Assembly: GCA_037443705.1 (NCBI GenBank)
Contig: JBBINV010000005.1
Span: forward strand, 1,578 to 65,577
Direction: 5' to 3'
DNA from: Betaproteobacteria bacterium
Lineage (GTDB): Bacteria > Pseudomonadota > Gammaproteobacteria > Burkholderiales > SG8-39
Length of the DNA stretch: 64,000 nucleotides
This document shows, in pieces, positions 10,060-18,757 of this stretch; the stretch's first letter is position 1; each line of letters begins with the position of its first letter. The notes beneath the pieces are model-generated. The model was not told the origin of the DNA. It ran no database searches and saw only the letters and a list, made by a program, of their open reading frames with translations. A program made the translations under genes and the position numbers.

Positions 10060-10803
10060 CTAGAACTGGTAGCGGCGCAGCCCGCCGTCCACCGGGATCA
10101 CGGCGCCCGTGATGTAGCGCGCGCGGGGTGAGGCAAGGAAACAGACCAGATTCGCGATGTCCTCGGGCCGGCCGTACTCGCCCACCGGGATCTCGTGCTC
10201 GGACTGCCATTGGCGGTACTCGGGCGTGTAGTTGCGCTCGATCTGCTCGCTCATGATCCGTCCGGGCGGGATCGAGTTGACGGTGATGCCGTAGCGTCCG
10301 ACCTCGCGCGACAATCCCTTCGCCCAGGCGTGCATCGCGGCCTTGGCGGCGAACGCGCCGTTCACGCCCTCGGGCTCGCTCTTTCCCGTGATGTTGACGA
10401 TGCGGCCCCATTTGCGCGCCATCATCTGCGGCAGGAGCGCGTGCGCGAGCTGGCGCTGGCGCGTGAAGTTGAGCGTGATCGCCTCCTCCCACTGCGCTTC
10501 GGTGGCGTCGAGCTTGAAGGGGCGCGAGCCGCCGGCGTTGTTGACGAGGATGTCGACGCTGCCGAGCGCCGCGAGCGCCGCGCTCGCGATCGCCTGCGGC
10601 GCGCCGGGCTGCATGAAATCCTGCTCGATGATGACGAGCTTCGCGCCGATTTCCTTCTCGAGCGCCTCGAGCCGCTCGCGCCGGCGCGCCGTCACCGCGA
10701 GGCGCACGCCCTCGACGGCGAGCGCCAGCGCGATGCCGCGACCGATGCCGGCCGATGCCCCGGTGACGAGCGCCGTCTTGCCGGCGATGCCCAGATCCAT
10801 CAC
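10060..10803 (-). CDS. SDR-family oxidoreductase
   Basis: TALVTGASAGIGRGIA (TGxxxGxG), NNAG, and a catalytic-region AAKAAMHAWAKGLS (YxxxK position). About 247 aa, classical SDR size. Confidence 0.9.
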   Translation of the reverse strand: MMDLGIAGKTALVTGASAGIGRGIALALAVEGVRLAVTARRRERLEALEKEIGAKLVIIEQDFMQPGAPQAIASAALAALGSVDILVNNAGGSRPFKLDATEAQWEEAITLNFTRQRQLAHALLPQMMARKWGRIVNITGKSEPEGVNGAFAAKAAMHAWAKGLSREVGRYGITVNSIPPGRIMSEQIERNYTPEYRQWQSEHEIPVGEYGRPEDIANLVCFLASPRARYITGAVIPVDGGLRRYQF

Positions 10804-11756
10804 TTCGCCTTGATGTTCGCCTTGCGCACCACCTCGCCCCAGCGCTTCTGCTCCGCCGCGATGAAAGCCGCATACTCTTCCGGGGTCGAGCCCACGGCTT
10901 CGGCGTCATCCACCGCGAAGCGCTCGGCGACCGAAGGCTGCTTCGCCGCCTTGGCCGCCTCGTCCGCCAGGCGCTTGATGATCGGAGCAGGCACCCTGGC
11001 GGGGGCGTTGAGGCCGTACCACTGCGTGGTCTCGAAGCCGGGGTAACCCTGCTCCGCCACCGAGGCCACGCCCGGAATCGAGGCGAGGCGCCTGGAGCCC
11101 ACGGCGATCACGCGCAGCTTTCCCGCCTTCACGTGCGGCATGAGCGGCGGCGTGCCCGCGGAGGTCGCCTGCGTGCGCCCGGCTACAAGATCGATCAGAT
11201 TCGGCCCGGTCCCCTTGTACGGGACGTGCACGATGTCGATGCCCGCCACGAGCTTGAGGTACTCCATCGCGAGATGCCCGGCGCTCCCGTTGCCCGCGGA
11301 GCCGTAGTAGAGCTGGCCGGGCTTCGATTTTGCGAGCGCGACGAACTCGCGCAGGTCCTTCGCCGGCACGCTCTCGTGCACCACGAAGATGTTCGGCACC
11401 TTGGCCAGCAGCGACACCGGCGCGAAGTCGGCGTTCGTGTCGAACGGGAGCTTGTCGAACATGAACGGGTTCACCGCGAGCGTGCCGATGTGGCCGATGA
11501 TCAGCGTGTAGCCGTCGGGCTCGGCGCGCGCCGCCTCCTGCATGGCGACGTTGCCGCCGCCGCCCGGGCGGTTGTCCACCACGATCGGCTGGCCGAGGCC
11601 CTTCTCCATCTCCGCCGCCACGGCGCGCGCCACGATCGAGCTCGTCCCGCCCGGCGCAAAAGGAACCAGCAGGCGAATCGGCCTGGTCGGCCAGGGCTGC
11701 GCCTGCGCTGCGCAGCAAAGCAATGCCGCAATTGCAGTGAGAATGAGTTTATGCAT
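10800..11756 (-). CDS. Bug-family (TctC-like) tripartite tricarboxylate transporter substrate-binding protein
   Basis: Signal peptide MHKLILTAIAALLCCAAQA followed by WPTRPIRLLVPFAPGGTSSIVAR...VVDNRPGGGGNVA. Start placed at ATG 11756 because AAGGA lies 6 nt upstream; a TTG at 11771 is an alternative. Confidence 0.9.
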   Translation of the reverse strand: MHKLILTAIAALLCCAAQAQPWPTRPIRLLVPFAPGGTSSIVARAVAAEMEKGLGQPIVVDNRPGGGGNVAMQEAARAEPDGYTLIIGHIGTLAVNPFMFDKLPFDTNADFAPVSLLAKVPNIFVVHESVPAKDLREFVALAKSKPGQLYYGSAGNGSAGHLAMEYLKLVAGIDIVHVPYKGTGPNLIDLVAGRTQATSAGTPPLMPHVKAGKLRVIAVGSRRLASIPGVASVAEQGYPGFETTQWYGLNAPARVPAPIIKRLADEAAKAAKQPSVAERFAVDDAEAVGSTPEEYAAFIAAEQKRWGEVVRKANIKAK

Positions 11757-11767
11757 TTTCGATCCTT

Positions 11768-13375
11768 TCAAAACTGCCTCTTGTACTGCGCGGGGTCGAT
11801 GTTCGCCCCGATCACCAGTGGCCGGTCCTTCGGGCGGCGCGCCGCGAGCACCTTCTGCAGCGCTTTCGTACTCGACACCGACGCGCCCTCACAATCCATC
11901 GAGCGAGCGAGGCACGGGATATCGACCGGGTCGATCCGCGTGCCCCAGCTCGGGTACCTGCGGTTCGCCTGCTTGATCTCGATGCGGTTGAGGCTCCCGT
12001 CGCAGAAGACGATGACGAGCAGTGGCAGCCCGAGGCTCGCCGCGAGCCGAAGCTCCCCCTGCACCATGGCCAGCCCGCCGTCGCCGACAAAGCAGACCAC
12101 CGGCCGTCCCGGGTTGAGCATCTGCGCGACGATCGCCGCCGGGAGCGAGTAGCCCATCGAGGAAAGCCCGTTGCTCATCAACACCGAGCGCGGCCCGAAG
12201 GCGCTCCAGCCCTGCCCCACGAGCAGCTTGTGCGAGCCGACGTCGGTGGTCGCGATCGCCTCGCGCGGAAGCGCTTCGCGCACCGCGTCGATCACGTCGG
12301 TGGGATTGAGCCTGCCCTTCACGCGTCCCGCGTAGTAGGCCGCGCGGAGCTTCGACCGATGTCTTTCGAGATCCCCCGGCCTCCAGCGGATTTCCCCCCT
12401 CCATCCGTCCGCAATGCCCGCCAGGATCGCCGCGATATCTCCCACGATCTCCGTGTCCGCCGAATAGATCTGGTCGGTGTTCGGCACCGCGTCGATATGC
12501 ACCGCGGGAACCGCGAGCGTCCACGGCTTGATCAGCTCTACGGCATCGAATCCGACCGCGAGCAGCAGGTCGCAGCCCTCGAGGAAATCCCGCATCAGGG
12601 CGTTGCACGCCATGTCGAGCGTGCCCGCGTAGTACGCGTGATCCTCGGCGAGCACGCCCTTCGCCATCGGCGCGACCACGACCGGGATCCCCGCCGCCTC
12701 CGCGAGCCGCGCGAGCGCCTCGTGCGCGTTCGCGCGCTGCGCCGCGATGCCCGCGACGATCACTGGTTTCTTCGACTTGCGCAGGCGAGCGGTCACGTCT
12801 GCAAGAGGCCCGCTGTCGGAGAAAACCCGGATTCCTTCAAGAATCGACTTCATGGGAGGCAGGCGTACCTCTGCATCCTTTGCTTCCGCTCCCACCACGT
12901 CGGCGTGCGTGGTGATGTGCACCGGCCCCGGGCGCTCGGCGACCGCGGTGCGCAGCGCGCGGCGCATGACGCCCGCCACGGTATCGGGCGCGATCTCGGT
13001 GGCCCACTTGCTCACGGGCGAGAAGAGGCGGTTGTGGTCGAGCACCTGGTGGGTGAAGGTCGGCGCGCGCTTGCGCTCGATCTGCCCCGAGAGCGCGATC
13101 ATCGGCACGCGATCGAGGTACGCGTTCGCCACCGCGCTGACGAGGTTCGACGATCCCGGCCCGAGCGTGGACAGGCACACGCCCGGCCGCCCGGTGAGAA
13201 AGCCGTAGGCCTCCGCCATCAGTCCCGCGGTGCCCTCGCGCCGGCCGAGCACGAACTGCATCCCCGCGCGGCGCGCGGCTTCCATGAGCTCGATGTTCGG
13301 GTCGCCAGGGTAGCCGAAGACGTGGCCGATGCCGGCCGCCTTCAGGTACCGAACCATCACCTCCGATACGTTCAC
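11768..13375 (-). CDS. thiamine-diphosphate-dependent enzyme (acetolactate-synthase-like)
   Basis: GIGHVFGYPGDPN at the N-terminus and CFVGDGGLAMVQGEL...FCDGSLN as the ThDP-binding GDG-X-N motif. GTG start preceded by GAGGGGG. Confidence 0.9.
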   Translation of the reverse strand: MNVSEVMVRYLKAAGIGHVFGYPGDPNIELMEAARRAGMQFVLGRREGTAGLMAEAYGFLTGRPGVCLSTLGPGSSNLVSAVANAYLDRVPMIALSGQIERKRAPTFTHQVLDHNRLFSPVSKWATEIAPDTVAGVMRRALRTAVAERPGPVHITTHADVVGAEAKDAEVRLPPMKSILEGIRVFSDSGPLADVTARLRKSKKPVIVAGIAAQRANAHEALARLAEAAGIPVVVAPMAKGVLAEDHAYYAGTLDMACNALMRDFLEGCDLLLAVGFDAVELIKPWTLAVPAVHIDAVPNTDQIYSADTEIVGDIAAILAGIADGWRGEIRWRPGDLERHRSKLRAAYYAGRVKGRLNPTDVIDAVREALPREAIATTDVGSHKLLVGQGWSAFGPRSVLMSNGLSSMGYSLPAAIVAQMLNPGRPVVCFVGDGGLAMVQGELRLAASLGLPLLVIVFCDGSLNRIEIKQANRRYPSWGTRIDPVDIPCLARSMDCEGASVSSTKALQKVLAARRPKDRPLVIGANIDPAQYKRQF

Positions 13376-13385
13376 GCCCCCTCGC

Positions 13386-14189
13386 TCAGAACTGCGCCGA
13401 TTCCCCGGGCTTGAGCGGCAGCACCCTGACCGGCGCGTCGCCCAGCGCCTTCATCAGCTCCTCGGGCGTTCCCTTGCCCAGGGGATTCGCGCCATAGTGC
13501 ATCGGAATCGCGTATTTGGGGCGGATCAGTTCGCGCAGCGCGTAGGCGGCGTCCGCCGGGTCCATCGTGAAATGGCCCCCGATCGGGATCAGCACGAGGT
13601 CCGGCTTGTAGTAGTCCGCGATCCACTTCATGTCGCCGAACACGCCCGTATCGCCCATGTGCCAGATGCGAAAGCCGTTCTCCAGCTCGATCAGGAACCC
13701 GGCCGGCTCGCCGCCGGGATGCGTCTCGTCCCTGTCCGTGGCCGGATTGCGCCAGACGTAGACCGAGGAGTGCTCGGCGCGCGTCATCGTCACCCTGATA
13801 CCGGGGGCGGGCTGGATGCGGCCGCTCTTGTTGAAGCGGGGCAACTGCGCCGGCGGCAGCACGCCGAGGGTGGTGAGCGTCATGTTGAGGTCGCCCGGCG
13901 CCCAGAGCCGAATGTCGTTTTTCTTCGCAAGCGCCGGCGCGTCGGCGATGTGATCGCCGTGGCCGTGCGTGACGAGCAGCACGTCCACTTTTCCGAGCGC
14001 GTCCAGGTCCTTGTACTTCGGGGGCGTCACCGGATTCCTGATCAGCCACGGATCGGTGACGATGACCTTTCCGCCCGGCGTCGCGATGCGGAACGCGGCC
14101 TGGCCGAGCCAGAGCACCTCGGTCTTGCCCGTCTGCGCGTGCGCGCCGAGCGACACCAGCGCGGCCGCCGCGAATGCGAAGATCTTCAT
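13386..14189 (-). CDS. secreted MBL-fold metallo-hydrolase
   Basis: Signal peptide MKIFAFAAAALVSLGAHA and an LLVTHGHGDH metallo-beta-lactamase motif. GGGAGGA RBS upstream. Confidence 0.8.
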   Translation of the reverse strand: MKIFAFAAAALVSLGAHAQTGKTEVLWLGQAAFRIATPGGKVIVTDPWLIRNPVTPPKYKDLDALGKVDVLLVTHGHGDHIADAPALAKKNDIRLWAPGDLNMTLTTLGVLPPAQLPRFNKSGRIQPAPGIRVTMTRAEHSSVYVWRNPATDRDETHPGGEPAGFLIELENGFRIWHMGDTGVFGDMKWIADYYKPDLVLIPIGGHFTMDPADAAYALRELIRPKYAIPMHYGANPLGKGTPEELMKALGDAPVRVLPLKPGESAQF

Positions 14190-14282
14190 GCGCGTATCCT
14201 CCCTGCGGGAACTCTACGCACCGCGGGGAGCCCGTTCCAATAGAATTACGGGACCCACCGATATCATTTCGAGCATCGCGCC

Positions 14283-15239
14283 TTGGCTGCCCGGATACTG
14301 CCGGACTGGTACCTCCGGTCCCGTCTCAAGATGCGCCAGGTGCTGCTGCTCGTGGCGCTCGACGAGCACCGCAACATGCACCGCGCCGCCGCCGCCGCGG
14401 CGATGACGCAGCCGGCGGCCACGCGCCTGCTCGGGGACCTCGAGCGGCTGCTCGGGATGCGGCTGTTCGAGCGAAGCGCGCGCGGCGTCGCCCCCAACGC
14501 GTACGGCGAGAGCCTGGTGCGGCACGCGCGCGCGATCCTCGCCACGCTCGACCATGCGCGCGAGGAGATCATCGCGCTTTCGGCGGGCGCGACCGGCAAG
14601 GTGGCACTGGGGGCGCTGCTCGTGGCGGCGCCGGTGCTGGTGCCGCGCGCCGTGGCGCGCTTCAAGGCGCGCCATCCGAACCATACCGTGCTCGTACGCG
14701 AAGGGACGGTCGCGGGGCTGCTGCCGATGCTGCGCCGCGGCGAGCTCGACCTGGTCGTCGGCCGCGTGAGCGGCGACGTTTCGGGCGAAGGCCTCAGGTT
14801 CGAGACGTTCTACGAGGAGCCCGTCTGCGTCGTCGCGAGGCACGGCCACCCGCTCGCGCGCCGGCGCAGGCTCCGGCTCGCGCAGCTCAACCGCTGGCAA
14901 TGGATCGTGCCGACGCCGGAGGCGCCGTACCGGCGGCGGCTCGACGCCGCGTTCCGGCAGGCCGGGGTCGAGCCGCCGCACCGGCTCGTGGAGTCGCTCT
15001 CGATCCTCGTCAACCGGATGCTCGTGCAGGAGACCGACATGCTCGCTGTAATGCCGCGCGAAGTGGCACGCAGTCATGCGGCGAGCGCGGCCGTGCGCAT
15101 CCTCCCGGTCGCGCTGCCGCCGCCCTCGGGACCGGTCGGCGTCATTACGGTCGCCGGCCGCGCGCTGCCGCCCGCCGCGATCGATTTCGTCCACTGCCTG
15201 CGCGAGGCGGCGCGCGAGCCGCGGCGCACCGCGCGATAA
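14283..15239 (+). CDS. LysR-family transcriptional regulator (PcaQ-like N-terminus)
   Basis: HTH region RLKMRQVLLLVALDEHRNMHRAAAAAAMTQPAATRLLGDLERLLGMRLFERSARG. Divergent from the 13386-14189 gene. Start is TTG 14283, which is uncertain. Confidence 0.85.
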   Translation: MAARILPDWYLRSRLKMRQVLLLVALDEHRNMHRAAAAAAMTQPAATRLLGDLERLLGMRLFERSARGVAPNAYGESLVRHARAILATLDHAREEIIALSAGATGKVALGALLVAAPVLVPRAVARFKARHPNHTVLVREGTVAGLLPMLRRGELDLVVGRVSGDVSGEGLRFETFYEEPVCVVARHGHPLARRRRLRLAQLNRWQWIVPTPEAPYRRRLDAAFRQAGVEPPHRLVESLSILVNRMLVQETDMLAVMPREVARSHAASAAVRILPVALPPPSGPVGVITVAGRALPPAAIDFVHCLREAAREPRRTAR

Positions 15240-15326
15240 CCGAACCGGCATCGCCCCTCGCGCAAAAGTCATTGGAGGGCGCGCCGCCGATGCCCTAGAG
15301 TGGCAGCCTCGAAAGGAGGAGCCGGC

Positions 15327-15938
15327 ATGCCGCGAGGGGTCGTCGATATCGAGGGAATGAAGAGCGCGCAGGCGCAGGCGCTGCGCGGCATGGCGCCGCC
15401 CGAAGGGCTGCCGTTCGGCATCCGCAAGCTCGGCCACGTGGTCCTGAAGGTGAAGGACCTGGAGCGCTCGGTCGCGTTCTACACGCAGGTGATGGGTTTC
15501 CGGGTATCGGATGTCTATCCGGACACGATGATGAAAGGCGGGATGGTGTTCCTGCGCTGCAATACCGATCACCACTGCCTCGCGCTCGTGGGCGGCGCGA
15601 AGGAAGACGCTTCGGCGCGCGAGCTGCACCATCTCGCGTTCGAAGTGGGGACGCTCGATGAGGTCGTGCGGGCGCGCGAGCACCTGCGCAGGCACGGGGT
15701 GAAGATCGACTTCGACGGCCGGCGCCGCGCCGGATGCCAGGTGGCGGTGGAGTTCCGCGACCCGGACAACCACTTCCTGGAGATCTATTGGGGCCTCGAC
15801 CAGGTCGGGTCGGACGGCTGCGTGCGCCCGCCCGAGCAATGGCGCGAGCACATGTCGCTCGAAGCCGCGATCGCCGACCCGCCGCCGGGACAGGACACCA
15901 CCTTGCACGACAAATGGCCGAGCGCATCTGCTTCATAG
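15327..15938 (+). CDS. VOC-family protein (glyoxalase / extradiol-dioxygenase fold)
   Basis: KLGHVVLKVKDLERSVAFYTQVMGF...HHLAFEV...FRDPDNHFLEIY. ATG 15327 is preceded by AGGAGG. Confidence 0.75.
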   Translation: MPRGVVDIEGMKSAQAQALRGMAPPEGLPFGIRKLGHVVLKVKDLERSVAFYTQVMGFRVSDVYPDTMMKGGMVFLRCNTDHHCLALVGGAKEDASARELHHLAFEVGTLDEVVRAREHLRRHGVKIDFDGRRRAGCQVAVEFRDPDNHFLEIYWGLDQVGSDGCVRPPEQWREHMSLEAAIADPPPGQDTTLHDKWPSASAS

Positions 15939-16801
15939 GCTTCGGCGAGGCGGGCCAGACGATCGGCCGCGGGTTGGGCGCCGAAAGCGTGGGTGGAATT
16001 TCCTGCTACGACTTGCTCTTCGACGATCCGGCAAATGAAGGTCGGCTCGAACGGATCGCGCGCGAGCTGCACGTCATTCCTTCAGGAAACCACGCCGATG
16101 CCGTTCGCGAAGCGGATCTCGTGTTCCTCGCGGTGACGGCGAGCTCGAGCCTGGAGGCGGCGCGCTCGTGCCTGCCGGGGCTGCGCAAGGGGCAGCTCTT
16201 TCTGGACATCAACTCGGTATCGCCCAGGCGCAAGATCGAGACTGCGGCGCTCGTGGCGCCGACCGGCGCCGCGTACGTGGATGTCGCCGTGATGGCGCCG
16301 GTCGCGCCCCATGCTCACAGGGTCCCCTGCCTCATCGGCGGCCCGGGGGCCGAGGCGCTCCTGCCGAGGGCGCGCGCGCTCGGCATGAGAATGGAAATCG
16401 TTGGCCGGGAAGTCGGCCAGGCGTCCGCGATCAAGATGTTCCGCTCGATCATGGTGAAGGGGCTGGAGGCGCTGTTCGCGGAGTCGATGCTCGCGGCGAG
16501 CGAGTATCGCGTGGAGGCGAAAGTCCTCGCCTCGCTCGAGGAGACTTTCCCGGGCCTGGACTGGGAGAAGCTCTCGGGCTACATGCTCGAGCGCGTGGTG
16601 AGCCATGGCGCGCGCCGTGCCGCCGAGATGCGCGAGGTGGCGGCGACGCTTGAGGACATCGGGCTCGAGCCGCTCATGGCCTCCGCCACAGCCGCGCGCC
16701 AGCAGTGGCTCGCGGACCTCGGCGTGAAGGGGCGCCTGGCCCGGAAGACCGAGGATCGCGGCGAGATCGTTCGTGCGATTCGCGAAGCATTGGGAAGATG
16801 A
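15914..16801 (+). CDS. NAD(P)-binding oxidoreductase (6-phosphogluconate-dehydrogenase-like N-domain with DUF1932-like C-domain)
   Basis: MAERICFIGFGEAGQTIGRGL Rossmann start and C-terminal KMFRSIMVKGLEAL. Overlaps the previous gene by 25 nt. Confidence 0.7.
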   Translation: MAERICFIGFGEAGQTIGRGLGAESVGGISCYDLLFDDPANEGRLERIARELHVIPSGNHADAVREADLVFLAVTASSSLEAARSCLPGLRKGQLFLDINSVSPRRKIETAALVAPTGAAYVDVAVMAPVAPHAHRVPCLIGGPGAEALLPRARALGMRMEIVGREVGQASAIKMFRSIMVKGLEALFAESMLAASEYRVEAKVLASLEETFPGLDWEKLSGYMLERVVSHGARRAAEMREVAATLEDIGLEPLMASATAARQQWLADLGVKGRLARKTEDRGEIVRAIREALGR

Positions 16802-17625
16802 AGGCGCTTCTCGGCGATTACCCGGTCACCGCCGCGCTCAAGAGCGGCAGAGTCGCTTCGGCAAAGCTCCCGCTCGAGTTCGCCGATATCCGCCCCCCGA
16901 GCGCGGGGTTCAAGCGCGTGGTACGCGATCTCGAGTTCGACCTCGCCGAGCTCGCGATCACCACGTTCCTCATCGCGAAAGCGTTCGGCAAGCCGCTCAG
17001 GCTCCTGCCCGCGGTGCTCGTGGGGCGGCTCCAGCATTCGTACCTGGTGCGCAACGCCGAGCGCGGGCCGCTCGCGCCGCAGGATCTCGCCGGCAAGCGC
17101 GTCGGCGTGCGCTCGTACTCGGTGACCACCGGCATGTGGATCCGCGGCATCCTCGCCGACGACTACGGCGTGGATCCGCGAAGCGTCACCTGGGTCACCT
17201 TCGAGGAAGCGCACGTCGCGGAATTCCGCGACCCGCCGAACGTGCAGCGCGCGCCGGCCGGAAAGGACCTCGTGGCGATGCTGCTCGCGGGCGAGATCGA
17301 CGCCGCGATCGTGGGCGACGGCAGGCCCGCCGATCCGCGCATCGTGCCGGTCATCCCCGACCCCGAGGCCGCCGCTCGCGCCTGGCGCGCGCGCACCGGC
17401 GCGATCCAGATCAATCACATGGTGGCGGTGCGAACAGGGTTTTCAGGTTCCGTGGTTGATGAGATTTACGATCTTCTTGTTCGAAGCCGGAAGGCTGCAG
17501 GAAACCCGGAGATGAACCCCTGCGGCCTCGAGGAGAACCGGCGCAACCTCGAGGTCGCGATCGACTACGTGCATCGCCAGGGCCTCATCCCGAAGCGCTA
17601 CGCGGTGGAGGATCTGTTCCGATGA
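16798..17625 (+). CDS. periplasmic-binding-fold protein resembling the 4,5-dihydroxyphthalate decarboxylase (PhtD) / NMT1 family
   Basis: MKALLGDYPVTAALKSG...EFDLAELAITTFLIAKAFG...VGVRSYSVTTGMWIRGIL. ATGA overlaps at both ends (16798-16801 and 17622-17625). The family call is from memory only. Confidence 0.55.
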   Translation: MKALLGDYPVTAALKSGRVASAKLPLEFADIRPPSAGFKRVVRDLEFDLAELAITTFLIAKAFGKPLRLLPAVLVGRLQHSYLVRNAERGPLAPQDLAGKRVGVRSYSVTTGMWIRGILADDYGVDPRSVTWVTFEEAHVAEFRDPPNVQRAPAGKDLVAMLLAGEIDAAIVGDGRPADPRIVPVIPDPEAAARAWRARTGAIQINHMVAVRTGFSGSVVDEIYDLLVRSRKAAGNPEMNPCGLEENRRNLEVAIDYVHRQGLIPKRYAVEDLFR

Positions 17626-18614
17626 TCGTGGACTGCCACGGCCACTACACCACTGCGCCGAAGACGCTGTGGGAGTGGCGCAAGCGCCAGGTCGCGGGCG
17701 GGAACCCCGGGTCTCCGCGGATCTCGGACGACGAGATCCGCGAGTCGCTCGAGGGCGCGCAGCTGAAGCTCCAGCGCGAGCGCGGCACCGACGTCACGTT
17801 TTTTTCGCCGCGCGCGGGCTCGATGGAGCACCACGTGGGCGATGCGAGGACGAGCGAGGCGTGGTCGCGCGTGTGCAACGACCTCATTCACCGCGTCTGC
17901 ACCCTCTACCCCGCGAATTTCGCGCCGGTGTGCCAGCTGCCGCAGTCGCCGGGGGTCCCGCCCGCCAACTGCATCCCCGAGCTCGAGCGCTGCGTGAAAC
18001 AGCTCGGCTTCATCGGCTGCAACCTGAACCCGGACCCTTCCGGCGGCTGGTGGAAATCGCCGCCGCTTTCCGATCGCTCGTGGTATCCGCTCTACGAGAA
18101 GATGGCGGAGCTCGACGTTCCGGCGATGGTGCACGTCAGCTCCTCGTGCAACCCGGCGTTCCACTTCACCGGCGCTCACTACATCAACGCCGACACCACC
18201 GCGTTCATGCAGTTCCTCACCTCCGATCTGTTCAAGGATTTCCCGACCCTGAAATTCGTCATCCCGCACGGCGGCGGCGCGGTCCCGTATCACTGGGGCC
18301 GCTACCGGGGACTCGCGCAGGACATGAAGCGCCCGCCGCTCGAGGAGCTGCTGCTCCGGAACGTCTTCTTCGATACCTGCGTCTATCACCAGCCCGGGAT
18401 CGACCTGCTGTTCAGAGTCGTCCCGATCGACAACATCCTCTTCGCCTCGGAGATGGTCGGCGCGGTGCGCAGCCTCGATCCGCGCACGGGCCACTACTTC
18501 GACGACACGAAGCGCTACATCGCCGCCGCGGGTCTGGGAGAAGGGGACCTCGAGAAAATCTACTTCCGCAACGCGGCGCGCGTGTATCCGAGGTTCGCGG
18601 CAAGAACGGCCTGA
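17622..18614 (+). CDS. amidohydrolase-2 family enzyme, strongly LigJ-like (4-oxalomesaconate hydratase)
   Basis: MIVDCHGHYTTAPK, NLNPDPSGGWW.SPPL.DR.WYP.YEKM.EL..PAMVHVS, KFVIPHGGGAVPYHWGRYRGLAQ, FFDTCVYHQPGIDLL and FASEM.GAVR..DPRTG.YFDDTKRYI match my recollection of Sphingobium LigJ. Confidence 0.8.
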   Translation: MIVDCHGHYTTAPKTLWEWRKRQVAGGNPGSPRISDDEIRESLEGAQLKLQRERGTDVTFFSPRAGSMEHHVGDARTSEAWSRVCNDLIHRVCTLYPANFAPVCQLPQSPGVPPANCIPELERCVKQLGFIGCNLNPDPSGGWWKSPPLSDRSWYPLYEKMAELDVPAMVHVSSSCNPAFHFTGAHYINADTTAFMQFLTSDLFKDFPTLKFVIPHGGGAVPYHWGRYRGLAQDMKRPPLEELLLRNVFFDTCVYHQPGIDLLFRVVPIDNILFASEMVGAVRSLDPRTGHYFDDTKRYIAAAGLGEGDLEKIYFRNAARVYPRFAARTA

Positions 18615-18706
18615 TTCATCCCGCCATCCATTCCGGGGCCGGGCGCACCTCGATCACGCCTTCCGGCGTCCGGATGCGGTCGCGCCGATCGAGGGTGAGG
18701 ATCCGC

Positions 18707-18733
18707 GGGCGGCGCGCGCCTTTCGTGCCGCCC
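18707..18733. terminator. candidate bidirectional stem-loop between convergent genes
   Basis: GGGCGGC (18707-18713) pairs with GCCGCCC (18727-18733) around a 13-nt loop. No clear U-tract. Confidence 0.25.
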
Positions 18734-18757
18734 CGGGATGGAGCGATCCGCCTTCCG

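Noticed and set aside
14190-14282. A LysR T-N11-A box in the divergent region upstream of the LysR gene
   Set aside because: Only imperfect candidates are present (TCC-N12-GGA around 14236-14253). None is convincing enough to annotate without footprinting or comparative data.
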